Origin: a virus
Taxonomy: Duplodnaviria; Caudoviricetes
Length of the DNA stretch: 60,194 nucleotides
Reading direction: 5' to 3' (one strand)
Virus record (IMG/VR): IMGVR_UViG_3300001450_000036
Coordinates: 1-60,194 of that record
Shown here: piece by piece, positions 37,584 through 47,548 of the stretch
How positions within the stretch are numbered: position 1 is the first letter of the stretch
Layout of the letters: each line of letters starts with the position of its first letter
Position numbers and translations under genes: made by a program
The notes under the pieces: generated by a model
The model's input: the letters and a program-made list of their open reading frames with translations, nothing else
Databases searched by the model: none
What the model was told of the DNA's origin: nothing

Positions 37584-38501
37584 TTATTGATTAACTATTA
37601 TATTATTAAATGCTTGACTGAAGTCTATATTGTTACCTCTATTTTGTCTTACTTCATATAATTGGTCATTAAATGCATCTCTTACTTCATATAAATCATA
37701 TTGTTGGTAAATGTTGTTTAATCCACTTAAATCGTATAATGTGTATACACCAGTATCTATAGATTTGGCCTGATTACCATACAACGCAATAGCTAATGTA
37801 TCGAAATCATGGTCCACCATCTCAACATCTAAAGCTAGTGGATTAAAAAATGTATTAGTTATTATAACTGATTGTCCTGGTTGGCCTATAAAAGGTATCG
37901 CGTTAGGATTGTTAGATGGTGCACTAGTGGGTGTTAGTGTACAAAAAACCAAATTTGTTCTGTTATTTGTGTATACGTATCTTGGTGATATTTGGTTTGG
38001 GTTTGTTAGTTTGGCCGCAACTGGTTCACAATAAAAATTAGATGTTACAATTCTGAAAAAATTACTTTTTTTAGAACCATCCAATTCCAAATATTCTATC
38101 CTATATCCAACCAATTCAGATGGCCTAAATCTGTCTCTAAATTGTATTGGAATAGCGTTTAAATCAAAAACTAAACCTTTTACATTAGGTAAAGAAGAAA
38201 GTATACCACAATCTATTATAGTTGTTCTTATTTCTATGGGTCTTATATATACAGTATATATACCTTTTTGAGCAAATACTGAAGAAGGTAATTTTAAATC
38301 ATATAATCCCCCTAATATTTCATTAGGGTTACCACCAGTACTAGTATTATGTGAGTGTGGTGCAAGAACTTGGGTTGCTGGTAATTGAGTTATGATAAAG
38401 TTACTAGATGCACTTCTATCTGGTTGAAAGTGTACAATAACTTGTGCGTCTTCTGGTCGTACATCTGCTGGTCTTTTTATTCCGTATGCTCCTAATGCCA
38501 T
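37584..38501 (-). CDS. Conserved-looking virion structural protein
   Basis: 305-aa ORF in the structural operon. Confidence 0.75.
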   Translation of the reverse strand: MALGAYGIKRPADVRPEDAQVIVHFQPDRSASSNFIITQLPATQVLAPHSHNTSTGGNPNEILGGLYDLKLPSSVFAQKGIYTVYIRPIEIRTTIIDCGILSSLPNVKGLVFDLNAIPIQFRDRFRPSELVGYRIEYLELDGSKKSNFFRIVTSNFYCEPVAAKLTNPNQISPRYVYTNNRTNLVFCTLTPTSAPSNNPNAIPFIGQPGQSVIITNTFFNPLALDVEMVDHDFDTLAIALYGNQAKSIDTGVYTLYDLSGLNNIYQQYDLYEVRDAFNDQLYEVRQNRGNNIDFSQAFNNIIVNQ

Positions 38502-38504
38502 TTA

Positions 38505-38726
38505 TTATGCTTCTTTTTCTATTTTATAAAACCCATAACCATGTAACGTTAATTCTCCCATATTTGGGGTTAAGTCTAGTCTTTGGGGTCTTTCAAAGAC
38601 AGTTATTTTACCTCTTTCGATAAATATGTTTGAGCGGGTTTCTGGTCTTTCACAAACGTTCATTAATACCTCTTCTTTTGTTAAAGGAGGAATACAACCA
38701 CCATATTTTACAATACCTAACCCCAT
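38505..38726 (-). CDS. Small hypothetical protein
   Basis: 73-aa ORF with its own TATTTATA motif at 38737-38744. Confidence 0.7.
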   Translation of the reverse strand: MGLGIVKYGGCIPPLTKEEVLMNVCERPETRSNIFIERGKITVFERPQRLDLTPNMGELTLHGYGFYKIEKEA

Positions 38727-38785
38727 ATTCTTTTATTATAAATATCTAACACCTAATTTATATTTAATCATTATTCAAATCTCTT

Positions 38786-41700
38786 TTAAAATCCCAGTGA
38801 CCCACAAATAGGTGGTACTGTAGACCATCCCGCAGGACATGGTAATGAAGATACTGATGTTGTTTGAATAGCTGTACCCGTTTGTGTGGTTATACACTTA
38901 TAACATGTAATGTTGCTTACTACTGGTGGACATTTATCCCCATCTTCATCACAACCACAATTCATCCAACTGCCAGATATATCGGTTAACGTACCATTAA
39001 TTATTTGACACGGTATATTAGATACTTCAGACTCGTTGTTGTTGGTTCCATTCGCGTTATTTTTATTCACGCAACACCAACAACAACCGTCCTCCTTATT
39101 GGTTACACAGTCATTAATGTAGTAGTTATATAAACCGAGACTACTAGGATATGGTGTCCAATTTATAGGCCATACACTTAGATATGGTGCTAAATTTAAT
39201 GCACAACACTCACATTCTCCGTCAGGAAAACAAGGGTCACCATTAACATCAATACCACAAGTTTGCCAACCACCAAAAGTTCCTGATGAGGTAGTACCAA
39301 CATTTTGACTTGGTATGTTACCAGGTTTACATCTTATAGAATTAGGGTTAGAGCCCGAATTAACCCAACCTACGTTATCTAACAACACACAACAATAACA
39401 ACAATCATCAGTAGGGTCTATAACACAATCATTAACCGTAAAAGTACCTGCAACACTCCAATAACCTAAATGTACCGGTGGATATGAGGGTACTAAACTA
39501 AAGTAAGTACTTAAACTATTTAAACATTCGTCACACCCATCCCAACAATACTGTTGACAATCTTGTATTGTGGGATATTGACCACCTACTTGAGGTACAC
39601 AATTACCATTCACACATTCGTAATCTTTTGGTGCTACTTGTCCACAGGTTTCATCACATGGCCACCACACAGAAAAATGACCCCAGTTACTTTGGGTTGT
39701 AGTTACTGGTGTTGGTGCAAATACACTACTACCATCACAAGCTAATCCGTTTAAAAAATTATTATAACATAAAGATGGGTCGAAGAAACTAGTAGGGTCT
39801 ACAATTGTTCCTGTATCACTGACAGAAATATAACAACAACCATCAAGTGGGCTAAGTGTAACTTCGTTATACCCCCAAATTAATCCTGGTGCCCAATTAG
39901 TTACCCCACCAAAAGCATTACCTTGGACAGGGGTTGCCATAGAGGCTGCGTTATAAGGGGCCCATACTCCTTGAAATTCATTTTGTATTAGTGGGTGCCC
40001 TACTGTACCAATACAAGGTTTACATATAGGTGAGGTTGCACCCGTCCAACAACATTCGTCTGGGTCATTTAAACAATCAGCTAATGATGCATATTGACCC
40101 ATTGGTCCCGTTGGTATGCAATCACATTTAGTTGTAGATACTGTTTGTCCTGGTAAACCTAGAGTTGCTACAACTTTTTTTCTACAGTCATATCTTGTTG
40201 TAGAGGTTATACCTGTATTACAACAAGTGTGACTTTGTTTACACTCATCTAATGTAAAATAGGGACCAAATGGGTCTATAACACATTTACATAAATTATT
40301 ATTACCAACTTTACAATTCCACTTCTCGGTTGTTACCCCAGTCCAACAACAAGCTAATTGGTCAGCTTGGCACTGTATAATACTGGTGTATGGACCTAAT
40401 GGGTCTGGTATACAATTGCAAATACCTAAACCTGAATTATATTCACAACTATAGTTATCTGGTGTTACACCCGTCCAACAACATTTTCCTTGGTCTGTTT
40501 CACAATCATGTAAAGTAGAGTAGACACCAAAAGGGTCTGGATTACAATTACAATCTATAGGGTCACACGACCAACGCGTCTGTGTGCCTCCCGAACAACA
40601 TGTAATTGGGTCATTTTCACAATCACTTTGGTTATAATAATGAATAAGGGGGTTGTAACTAGTAATTGTATTATCAAATATACAGGTACATTGTTGTGCT
40701 CCTGTTGGTGCTAACACATTTTCACAACGCCAAAATCCACAACATGGGTCACTTAATAAACTTTGGTCACATTCTGCTTGAGAACTAAATTGTCCACCAA
40801 CACCCACTACGGATACACAGTTACATGGGTTGGCAGGACATAAACAATAATTACCACCAGCAGCTTGTCCCATGGTTCCACACACACTTGATAATAGTGC
40901 TCTTAACTGAAAAAAGTCCATACTAGTTGTTGCTGCTAACCCAGCGGCAACTAACTCATTAACCCATTGTTGTTTAGAATTAATATTAAATGGGAAGTAA
41001 TTCGACTGAAAAACTGGGTCATTAGGACAAGAGTAGAAGTTCACATATGCTGGTATCTGTAACGCGTCCCCGTTTGAACCTTCACAAGCTGAATTCGCGT
41101 TGGTTGAAGGGATAGTACCCTCATGATAAAAATCCGAAAATAGAGTTGCTGGGGGCACTCCGTTTACTGGGTCACATATCCATTGTACAGCTAGGTAGGT
41201 ACCACCACCACCTAAAGGTCCTCCAGGTATCAAAGTCTTACCAGCACAAGTACCAGGAGGTGGTGTTGTTGTTCCTGGGATACAATCATAAGTAAGTTGT
41301 TGTACTGGATTATTACAACTTGAGTTACATGGTATCCAAACTAAAGTACCAGTATTATTCGCGTTGACTCCTGGACCTGCTGGTCCAGGCCATACTGGGT
41401 TATTATTAACCAAATCATTAATGTAGTATTGGTAGTATGCACCTGGATTAAATATCCAAAGATTTGCTGGGTCATCGTCTACACAAACATAACAACATGA
41501 GTTACCATCCCAACTAGCAGTTACGACATCTCCTATAGAGTAGTTTGTACCACCCACCCATGCTGGTGCACTACCAACAAATGGTGTTACAGAAACTGAA
41601 CCAACTAACCAACTGTTCATTGGGTCGTCAAAGTAAGTGTAACTAACAGAACCTATTACAGAACATTCATAACAATCACAACACCCACTGTAAGAAGCAA

Positions 41701-44700
41701 AAAACGCGGTGGATGTTACACCAACAATACAGTCGTCTAAATTATAATATATAGGATTACACGTACCTGGAGGTTGTGGTCCCGCACAGAAACAGTCACT
41801 TATACAATCACCACAACCCCAAGTACAAACTGATTGACACGTCAATAAATCAACGTGTGGGCCCGAAACAAAAGTACTAGGTGGACTTGAACTAGTAAAA
41901 GCGGAACACCCTACTATCTCTAAACAATAAAAATCAGTTGTAGCTAAAGTACAAGGATATCCTATTGCGGAACCAGCAGTTGCTAGTTCACAAGCATATG
42001 GTGTTAATTCACTAGGTATGTTTGTACATGGACACATATTTATACCCCAATCTACATCATTACAATTAGATGTACCTGGAGGAGCACAATCACAACAATA
42101 TCTACAAAATTGTTCACAATCAGCTTGATTGGCAAACCCCACTCCCGCGAAACTATTGGTCACTTGTGCGTCAAAATATGTATTTGTTGGGTCGGATGGT
42201 CCTCCGGCTAATTGTCCAATAGCAGCTTGTTGATATAGTATGGTTTGTCCCGCGAAGTACGTACTATTTCTACAAGAGGATATTGGTACCGCTGCACTAT
42301 AGTCACCGTTTAATGCACCATATGTATCACACCACCACTCTTCTGGGGGTGCACAACAATCACAACTACTAAATGCTGCCCAACAATCAAAAGCATTATC
42401 ATAAGTGGTTGTTGCAACAGATAAAGCGTTAAATATACAATTACCTATACCAGTAGGTGGACAACCACATTCCCACGTACAATAATCTTGACAATCTTGT
42501 AAACTAGTAAAAGGTCCAGGATAACCTGGTGTGTTAGGTGGTACTATAACACAACCTAGACCAGCTACACCCGCTGTTATTTCACAATTAGACGAATAAT
42601 CACAATACCACGTATCCGCTGACGTACTACCAGAACAACAATCTATTACTCCTAACGAAGATATACATGCATCTAAAGATATGAAAGGGTATACTGGGTG
42701 CGTAGCACCTATTGGTACTGGTGGCCAAGTTGGGTAACCACCAAAAAATATACCTGTATTACTATTATTTATAAAATCTTGTAAAACCACACAATTAGTG
42801 GTGTCTGTTACTGGGTTTTCACAATAACACGATGCTCTACAATGTTCTTCACATGTATTACCTGTATAACAGTTTTGAGAGGCTTGGGTAAAGAGCGAGT
42901 TGTATACACATGAGGATGGAGTACATCCACTTGGTGTACATTCATAAGTTTGACTTGGTCCACCCCCACAAGGTTGACACCCTGCTGGTGGTAATCCTGG
43001 AGTTCCACCACAAGTTTCCCAAGGGTTTGGTGTACCGTTAGTTGCTGGTCCATCATCTGGTATAAAACAACTACAATCAAATGTTGTTATACAATCTGGT
43101 CCAGTCCCTAGTCCACCGAATCCCCATAGGGACGGCATCATACAAACATAACAACATAAAGGAGAATCTGCATCAGAATGATAAACTATATCATGTAATT
43201 CGTAGACAACACCTAACTGATATTGTCCTTGTGGTGTTAGAGTTGTACCACCTAAACCTATACTAACCATATAATCGTCACATGGACAAATACAGTCATC
43301 CACAGCACTTACTGAACAAACGTAATCCCCTAAAGAATTTAAAGCTAAATTACTAGTGCATTCCATCATAGTACAATAAGGTAAGAAAGGGTTTGTTCCG
43401 GTAGGGTCACATGAAGATGCAGCCGCAGCATTTACATATTGTACGTAATAACAAGGCCAGTTACCGGGTGGAAAAAGTTGTTGATTACCTGGTAGGGTAG
43501 CTAAAGCTTCGGTATCATCACATTCTGCGTGACAACATTCGGTTGCTTCACAGCACGCAGAGAAACTACTGTAACCAGTAAAACCAGGAGCTGGATTAGA
43601 AAATCCTAATAAATTTTGTGCCATATAATAGCCACTAACCCCATCTTGACAAAATGTGGGTCCTTGGTAATTGGTGCTACTAGGGTCTATATCTATAAAA
43701 CAATCCCAACCTGCGTTACAGGCACATAAAGTTTGACAATCTACGTTTCCTTGAGCTGAACCTGAGAACCAAGTTACATTATCTATAATTCCAGCACATG
43801 GACTTTGTAATGTACATGGTGTCATAGAAGTACAATCACAAACATAACATTGTTCTATTTGTGTACAATCAGCTGTACACGCAGAATAACCATACCCTGG
43901 ATAAGTTGTATTACTTGGGGATACCCATGGACCCCAACCACAATTACAATCATAGCACTCCACACAAGGTTGGTTTATGGTTTCACAAGACCAACCACAA
44001 GGAACTATACCCCCACCCATAGTTGCTGGGTCTTGTTGGCATTCTACTAGGTCTGCGTAAGTACCTCCAAAGGTTACCTGATAACACCCTGTACAACAAT
44101 CCCACTCGTAACCAGAGTAATCACAACATGCTGAAGTACTATATTGATACCCCAAATCAGTTGTAAATGCTGTACCAGCGTTACATGCTGATAATCCAAA
44201 ATCTGGTGTAAAATAAAATTGTTCATTAACAGCTAACCATTCATTTATTGTTAGTCCATTAGGTAAAAATCCTGGTACCGTACCTAGAACACTGGTTATT
44301 GTACTAGTGTACAATCCTGGTGTTGCATTTACATCATCTTCAGCACATGAGAATAATGTACAACATTCATTAGCGTTTGACGCTGTAGGAGTTGTACAAG
44401 AAAATGCTGGTGGATTACACCATCCTTCACACTCCATTTGTAAATTAAATACAGGTCCTGCTGATGGGTTTAATGGGTCAAAACTTGTATACGCGGAATG
44501 CGTAGAATCAATTTCTATACAACCTACACAATCATATTGATTTTCACAAACCCATTTATCTGGAAAACATTCACCATCATCAAAATCATCTTTACAATCT
44601 TCGTAGTATTGGTATCCCTGTAGAATATTAGTTGTGGTGGTTATTCCAGTACCAGGTACTAGTTCACAACCATATAATGGTATATTATCTAAGTCTTGAG

Positions 44701-46636
44701 GACAAATCCATGTTGAACATCCAACATACTCCCAATAAGTTGTTGAGGTAAAAGCTGTTGGTGGGTAGTTTGCACTATTTGCGGATAAAGCTTGGTAACA
44801 ATTGCCTTCTGGCCCTGTCACGAAACAACCTGGTAATATCCACGCTGCTCCATTAACATACTGACCTGCTGGGTCCCCGATATTTTGTCCACAATGATTT
44901 ATTGTAACATCATCACAAGGGGTTGATGTTCCTGGGGGGCAATTAACACAATCCGAAGAACATGCCTCCCAAATATGTTCCATTGGTATATTGTTTTGGT
45001 ACCACACCCCTTGTAGTGTCATAGAGGGTGGTATTCCCGCCCAATCAGAAGTAGTTGCTCCTGTCTGGAAAATATCTTTAACCGCCATAAAACAACAACA
45101 AGTATTGTAGGTTGTGTCAAATACTATGTCACCCACTTGATAGTCTGTGTATGGTGACCAAACACCTCTTTGACTATTAAAACTAATAGAGTTCCAAACT
45201 CCTGTTATCCTATCTATGTATTCGTCTTTAGTTTCACAAAAATCACAATCTTCTACTGTACACGCAAAACAATCATAAGCTCCGAAAGCCAAAGCATTTA
45301 GACCACAACTTTCAGCTACATATAGTGTTATACCATTAGTAAAATCATAAAAATCAATAGGGGTTTGGTTATTTGCAGATGATATAGTGTAAGCGGTGTA
45401 TATAGCATTTGCGGTATTAATATACCCATACATCCCAGTTTCTATATTATTTGTGTTGGGGTTAACAACGTCACCCCCGATAGGTACTATCGTACCATTG
45501 GTATATCCGGGAGGAAGAAATGGTGAGTTAGCTGTGGTATACGTTTGGAATGCTCCTAGAAGACTTTCTGTTACCCCGGTAACTTCGAAACAATCTGGGA
45601 ATTGTGTCATTCCTGTATATTCATTAATATCAGTACCACTGTCCCACGCTATATAATCCCCTTGACCTAAAACACCAGATGGAGCAGAAGTGTATCCAGT
45701 ACCTATAGTTTGACCTGATGCGTTAATCGTTAAAGCACTACTAGGTGGTATCCCCCCTATAGCAGCTAGTTGATTGTAAGTATAGTTAGGTGCGGTAATA
45801 ATTTGAGATATGGATGTTGGCCCCCATGGTGTGTCTTGGGTTATTTTAATTCTATATTGTACTGGTGCTCCCCCACCATACTGATGAGAGGCTGAAACAA
45901 CACCACTATTATAACTTAGTGTTGTTGATGGTAGACCATCCCCCCAGTCAATCGTAAAAGGTAAATTTTGTAATTCTTTATAATAACTAAAATCTGTAGT
46001 GTTAGTAATTTTTATAGTGTCACCAGGAAACGCACCAGTGCTTGCTGTGAAAACAAAATTAGAGAAGTTGTCTTTTTGACTTACGTTACCATCCCAAAGT
46101 GAATAGTGTCCAATATCATTAAAGTCCTGTGAAATAAATAATGTTATGTTATTAAGGTATGGGTCTAAACCATTTTCACAATTACAAGGCCCAATATTAT
46201 AATTAATATTATATTGGGAGGTTATGTTAATTGGTCGATTAAAGTCTACTCTTAAAGACTCAAATAGGGTGATAACATTATTGTAACTTTCTCCCGTCAC
46301 TATGGTAGTAGCTAAACTATCTACCACATTTATCCCATAAAATGCTTTATAAGCATAATTTCCTATATTTTTACAATGTCCACTAGTTGCAGAAGTATAT
46401 AAATCCCACAGTATAATACACGGATTAGTAAAAGAACAATCTCGTAATTCTAAAGGAAAAGTCCTTATATCCCCACTTAAAGCGTTTAGAAGTTGTGACC
46501 CTGTTGAGTTGTACATACTCATTCCTGAACAATCAATACTTTTGTTAATTGGCCAGTAATTAGTACCACCACTACATGGTAAAGAAGTGTAAACGTCTGG
46601 ATTAGTTCTTTTTATTCTAAAATTTAGTTTTTCCAT
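38786..46636 (-). CDS. Giant Cys-rich repeat protein (PKD-like domain, CBM5/12-like modules, Cys-rich repeats); probable virion adhesin
   Basis: 2616 aa. FTIDWGDG...SHQY (PKD-like), W...YQVGDIV and WVGGTNYSIGDVV (CBM5/12-like), many C..GxYxSLxxC repeats. Confidence 0.8.
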   Translation of the reverse strand: MEKLNFRIKRTNPDVYTSLPCSGGTNYWPINKSIDCSGMSMYNSTGSQLLNALSGDIRTFPLELRDCSFTNPCIILWDLYTSATSGHCKNIGNYAYKAFYGINVVDSLATTIVTGESYNNVITLFESLRVDFNRPINITSQYNINYNIGPCNCENGLDPYLNNITLFISQDFNDIGHYSLWDGNVSQKDNFSNFVFTASTGAFPGDTIKITNTTDFSYYKELQNLPFTIDWGDGLPSTTLSYNSGVVSASHQYGGGAPVQYRIKITQDTPWGPTSISQIITAPNYTYNQLAAIGGIPPSSALTINASGQTIGTGYTSAPSGVLGQGDYIAWDSGTDINEYTGMTQFPDCFEVTGVTESLLGAFQTYTTANSPFLPPGYTNGTIVPIGGDVVNPNTNNIETGMYGYINTANAIYTAYTISSANNQTPIDFYDFTNGITLYVAESCGLNALAFGAYDCFACTVEDCDFCETKDEYIDRITGVWNSISFNSQRGVWSPYTDYQVGDIVFDTTYNTCCCFMAVKDIFQTGATTSDWAGIPPSMTLQGVWYQNNIPMEHIWEACSSDCVNCPPGTSTPCDDVTINHCGQNIGDPAGQYVNGAAWILPGCFVTGPEGNCYQALSANSANYPPTAFTSTTYWEYVGCSTWICPQDLDNIPLYGCELVPGTGITTTTNILQGYQYYEDCKDDFDDGECFPDKWVCENQYDCVGCIEIDSTHSAYTSFDPLNPSAGPVFNLQMECEGWCNPPAFSCTTPTASNANECCTLFSCAEDDVNATPGLYTSTITSVLGTVPGFLPNGLTINEWLAVNEQFYFTPDFGLSACNAGTAFTTDLGYQYSTSACCDYSGYEWDCCTGCYQVTFGGTYADLVECQQDPATMGGGIVPCGWSCETINQPCVECYDCNCGWGPWVSPSNTTYPGYGYSACTADCTQIEQCYVCDCTSMTPCTLQSPCAGIIDNVTWFSGSAQGNVDCQTLCACNAGWDCFIDIDPSSTNYQGPTFCQDGVSGYYMAQNLLGFSNPAPGFTGYSSFSACCEATECCHAECDDTEALATLPGNQQLFPPGNWPCYYVQYVNAAAASSCDPTGTNPFLPYCTMMECTSNLALNSLGDYVCSVSAVDDCICPCDDYMVSIGLGGTTLTPQGQYQLGVVYELHDIVYHSDADSPLCCYVCMMPSLWGFGGLGTGPDCITTFDCSCFIPDDGPATNGTPNPWETCGGTPGLPPAGCQPCGGGPSQTYECTPSGCTPSSCVYNSLFTQASQNCYTGNTCEEHCRASCYCENPVTDTTNCVVLQDFINNSNTGIFFGGYPTWPPVPIGATHPVYPFISLDACISSLGVIDCCSGSTSADTWYCDYSSNCEITAGVAGLGCVIVPPNTPGYPGPFTSLQDCQDYCTWECGCPPTGIGNCIFNALSVATTTYDNAFDCWAAFSSCDCCAPPEEWWCDTYGALNGDYSAAVPISSCRNSTYFAGQTILYQQAAIGQLAGGPSDPTNTYFDAQVTNSFAGVGFANQADCEQFCRYCCDCAPPGTSNCNDVDWGINMCPCTNIPSELTPYACELATAGSAIGYPCTLATTDFYCLEIVGCSAFTSSSPPSTFVSGPHVDLLTCQSVCTWGCGDCISDCFCAGPQPPGTCNPIYYNLDDCIVGVTSTAFFASYSGCCDCYECSVIGSVSYTYFDDPMNSWLVGSVSVTPFVGSAPAWVGGTNYSIGDVVTASWDGNSCCYVCVDDDPANLWIFNPGAYYQYYINDLVNNNPVWPGPAGPGVNANNTGTLVWIPCNSSCNNPVQQLTYDCIPGTTTPPPGTCAGKTLIPGGPLGGGGTYLAVQWICDPVNGVPPATLFSDFYHEGTIPSTNANSACEGSNGDALQIPAYVNFYSCPNDPVFQSNYFPFNINSKQQWVNELVAAGLAATTSMDFFQLRALLSSVCGTMGQAAGGNYCLCPANPCNCVSVVGVGGQFSSQAECDQSLLSDPCCGFWRCENVLAPTGAQQCTCIFDNTITSYNPLIHYYNQSDCENDPITCCSGGTQTRWSCDPIDCNCNPDPFGVYSTLHDCETDQGKCCWTGVTPDNYSCEYNSGLGICNCIPDPLGPYTSIIQCQADQLACCWTGVTTEKWNCKVGNNNLCKCVIDPFGPYFTLDECKQSHTCCNTGITSTTRYDCRKKVVATLGLPGQTVSTTKCDCIPTGPMGQYASLADCLNDPDECCWTGATSPICKPCIGTVGHPLIQNEFQGVWAPYNAASMATPVQGNAFGGVTNWAPGLIWGYNEVTLSPLDGCCYISVSDTGTIVDPTSFFDPSLCYNNFLNGLACDGSSVFAPTPVTTTQSNWGHFSVWWPCDETCGQVAPKDYECVNGNCVPQVGGQYPTIQDCQQYCWDGCDECLNSLSTYFSLVPSYPPVHLGYWSVAGTFTVNDCVIDPTDDCCYCCVLLDNVGWVNSGSNPNSIRCKPGNIPSQNVGTTSSGTFGGWQTCGIDVNGDPCFPDGECECCALNLAPYLSVWPINWTPYPSSLGLYNYYINDCVTNKEDGCCWCCVNKNNANGTNNNESEVSNIPCQIINGTLTDISGSWMNCGCDEDGDKCPPVVSNITCYKCITTQTGTAIQTTSVSSLPCPAGWSTVPPICGSLGF

Positions 46637-46639
46637 AAA

Positions 46640-47548
46640 TTAAGGTGTTTGTGGGTTAACGTATTCGTAAAACTTTATTGGTTGTTGTCCTGGTGGAAAA
46701 CCGGTGCCTACTTCACCCCCCATACCTACTTGTCCCGCATTGTAATTATTTAAATTATATTTTCTTACTTTATAACTAAATTTAGGAGCAGCTGTTGGGT
46801 TTGGGTTTATTTTTAAAATTACTTCATAGTAGAAGTAGTCGGTAAAATCGTATGTTACAGAACCTGAGTATGTTGGTGTAGGTGGACTTTCGTTTATCAT
46901 TCTAGTAACATTTCCTGTTTTTGCGTTAAAAAATTGACAGGACATGTAAAATACATTTCCTTCAAATAAGTCTCTTTTTTTGTACCAGTGTATATAATAG
47001 TTTTCATTTACTCCTGACCTTGGTCCTAATCTGGCTTTTGGTTCATAAAGTAACCAAGAAGGACTAACTATTCCTTTACTTAGTTGTGTAAAGTATTCTA
47101 AAGCGTCTATTTGTGGGTCTACCGGCACACTACCACCCTTTAAACAATTATTTAAAGGCATGATATTAGAAAACATAATTTTTTGTTGTTTCCTATCTGG
47201 TGAATCATAAAAATTAAATTTAAAAAAACTTCTGACTACTGAATTTGCATCAGTAGCTAATTCATCGTCTGTAAAACCTATTATTTGAAAATTGTCTTGA
47301 TATGACTGTGTGGTTTGGTTGAAGAATTCGAACTGGTAGTAGATGTCATTTCCACTTATCGAATTATTAAAAGAGTATCTGGTGGTTTCAAAGTCTTGTA
47401 TAACATTAATATTATCTTGTATTTCTACCTCTTCATAAGTTGTTATTAATTGTTCCCTACCTACTTCATCAAATGTGTCTCCAAGGGGTATGGTAATTTT
47501 TCTATCTTCACTAGAAACTTTTAGTTGTATTCTATTGGCAGCCATCAC
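46640..47548 (-). CDS. Structural-module hypothetical protein
   Basis: 302-aa ORF coupled to its neighbours. Confidence 0.75.
   Translation of the reverse strand: MMAANRIQLKVSSEDRKITIPLGDTFDEVGREQLITTYEEVEIQDNINVIQDFETTRYSFNNSISGNDIYYQFEFFNQTTQSYQDNFQIIGFTDDELATDANSVVRSFFKFNFYDSPDRKQQKIMFSNIMPLNNCLKGGSVPVDPQIDALEYFTQLSKGIVSPSWLLYEPKARLGPRSGVNENYYIHWYKKRDLFEGNVFYMSCQFFNAKTGNVTRMINESPPTPTYSGSVTYDFTDYFYYEVILKINPNPTAAPKFSYKVRKYNLNNYNAGQVGMGGEVGTGFPPGQQPIKFYEYVNPQTP

Noticed and set aside
38786-46636. Diversity-generating retroelement or DNA-level tandem array in the giant gene
   Set aside because: The repeats are diverged at nucleotide level. I saw no reverse transcriptase and no adenine-specific TR/VR pair in the window.
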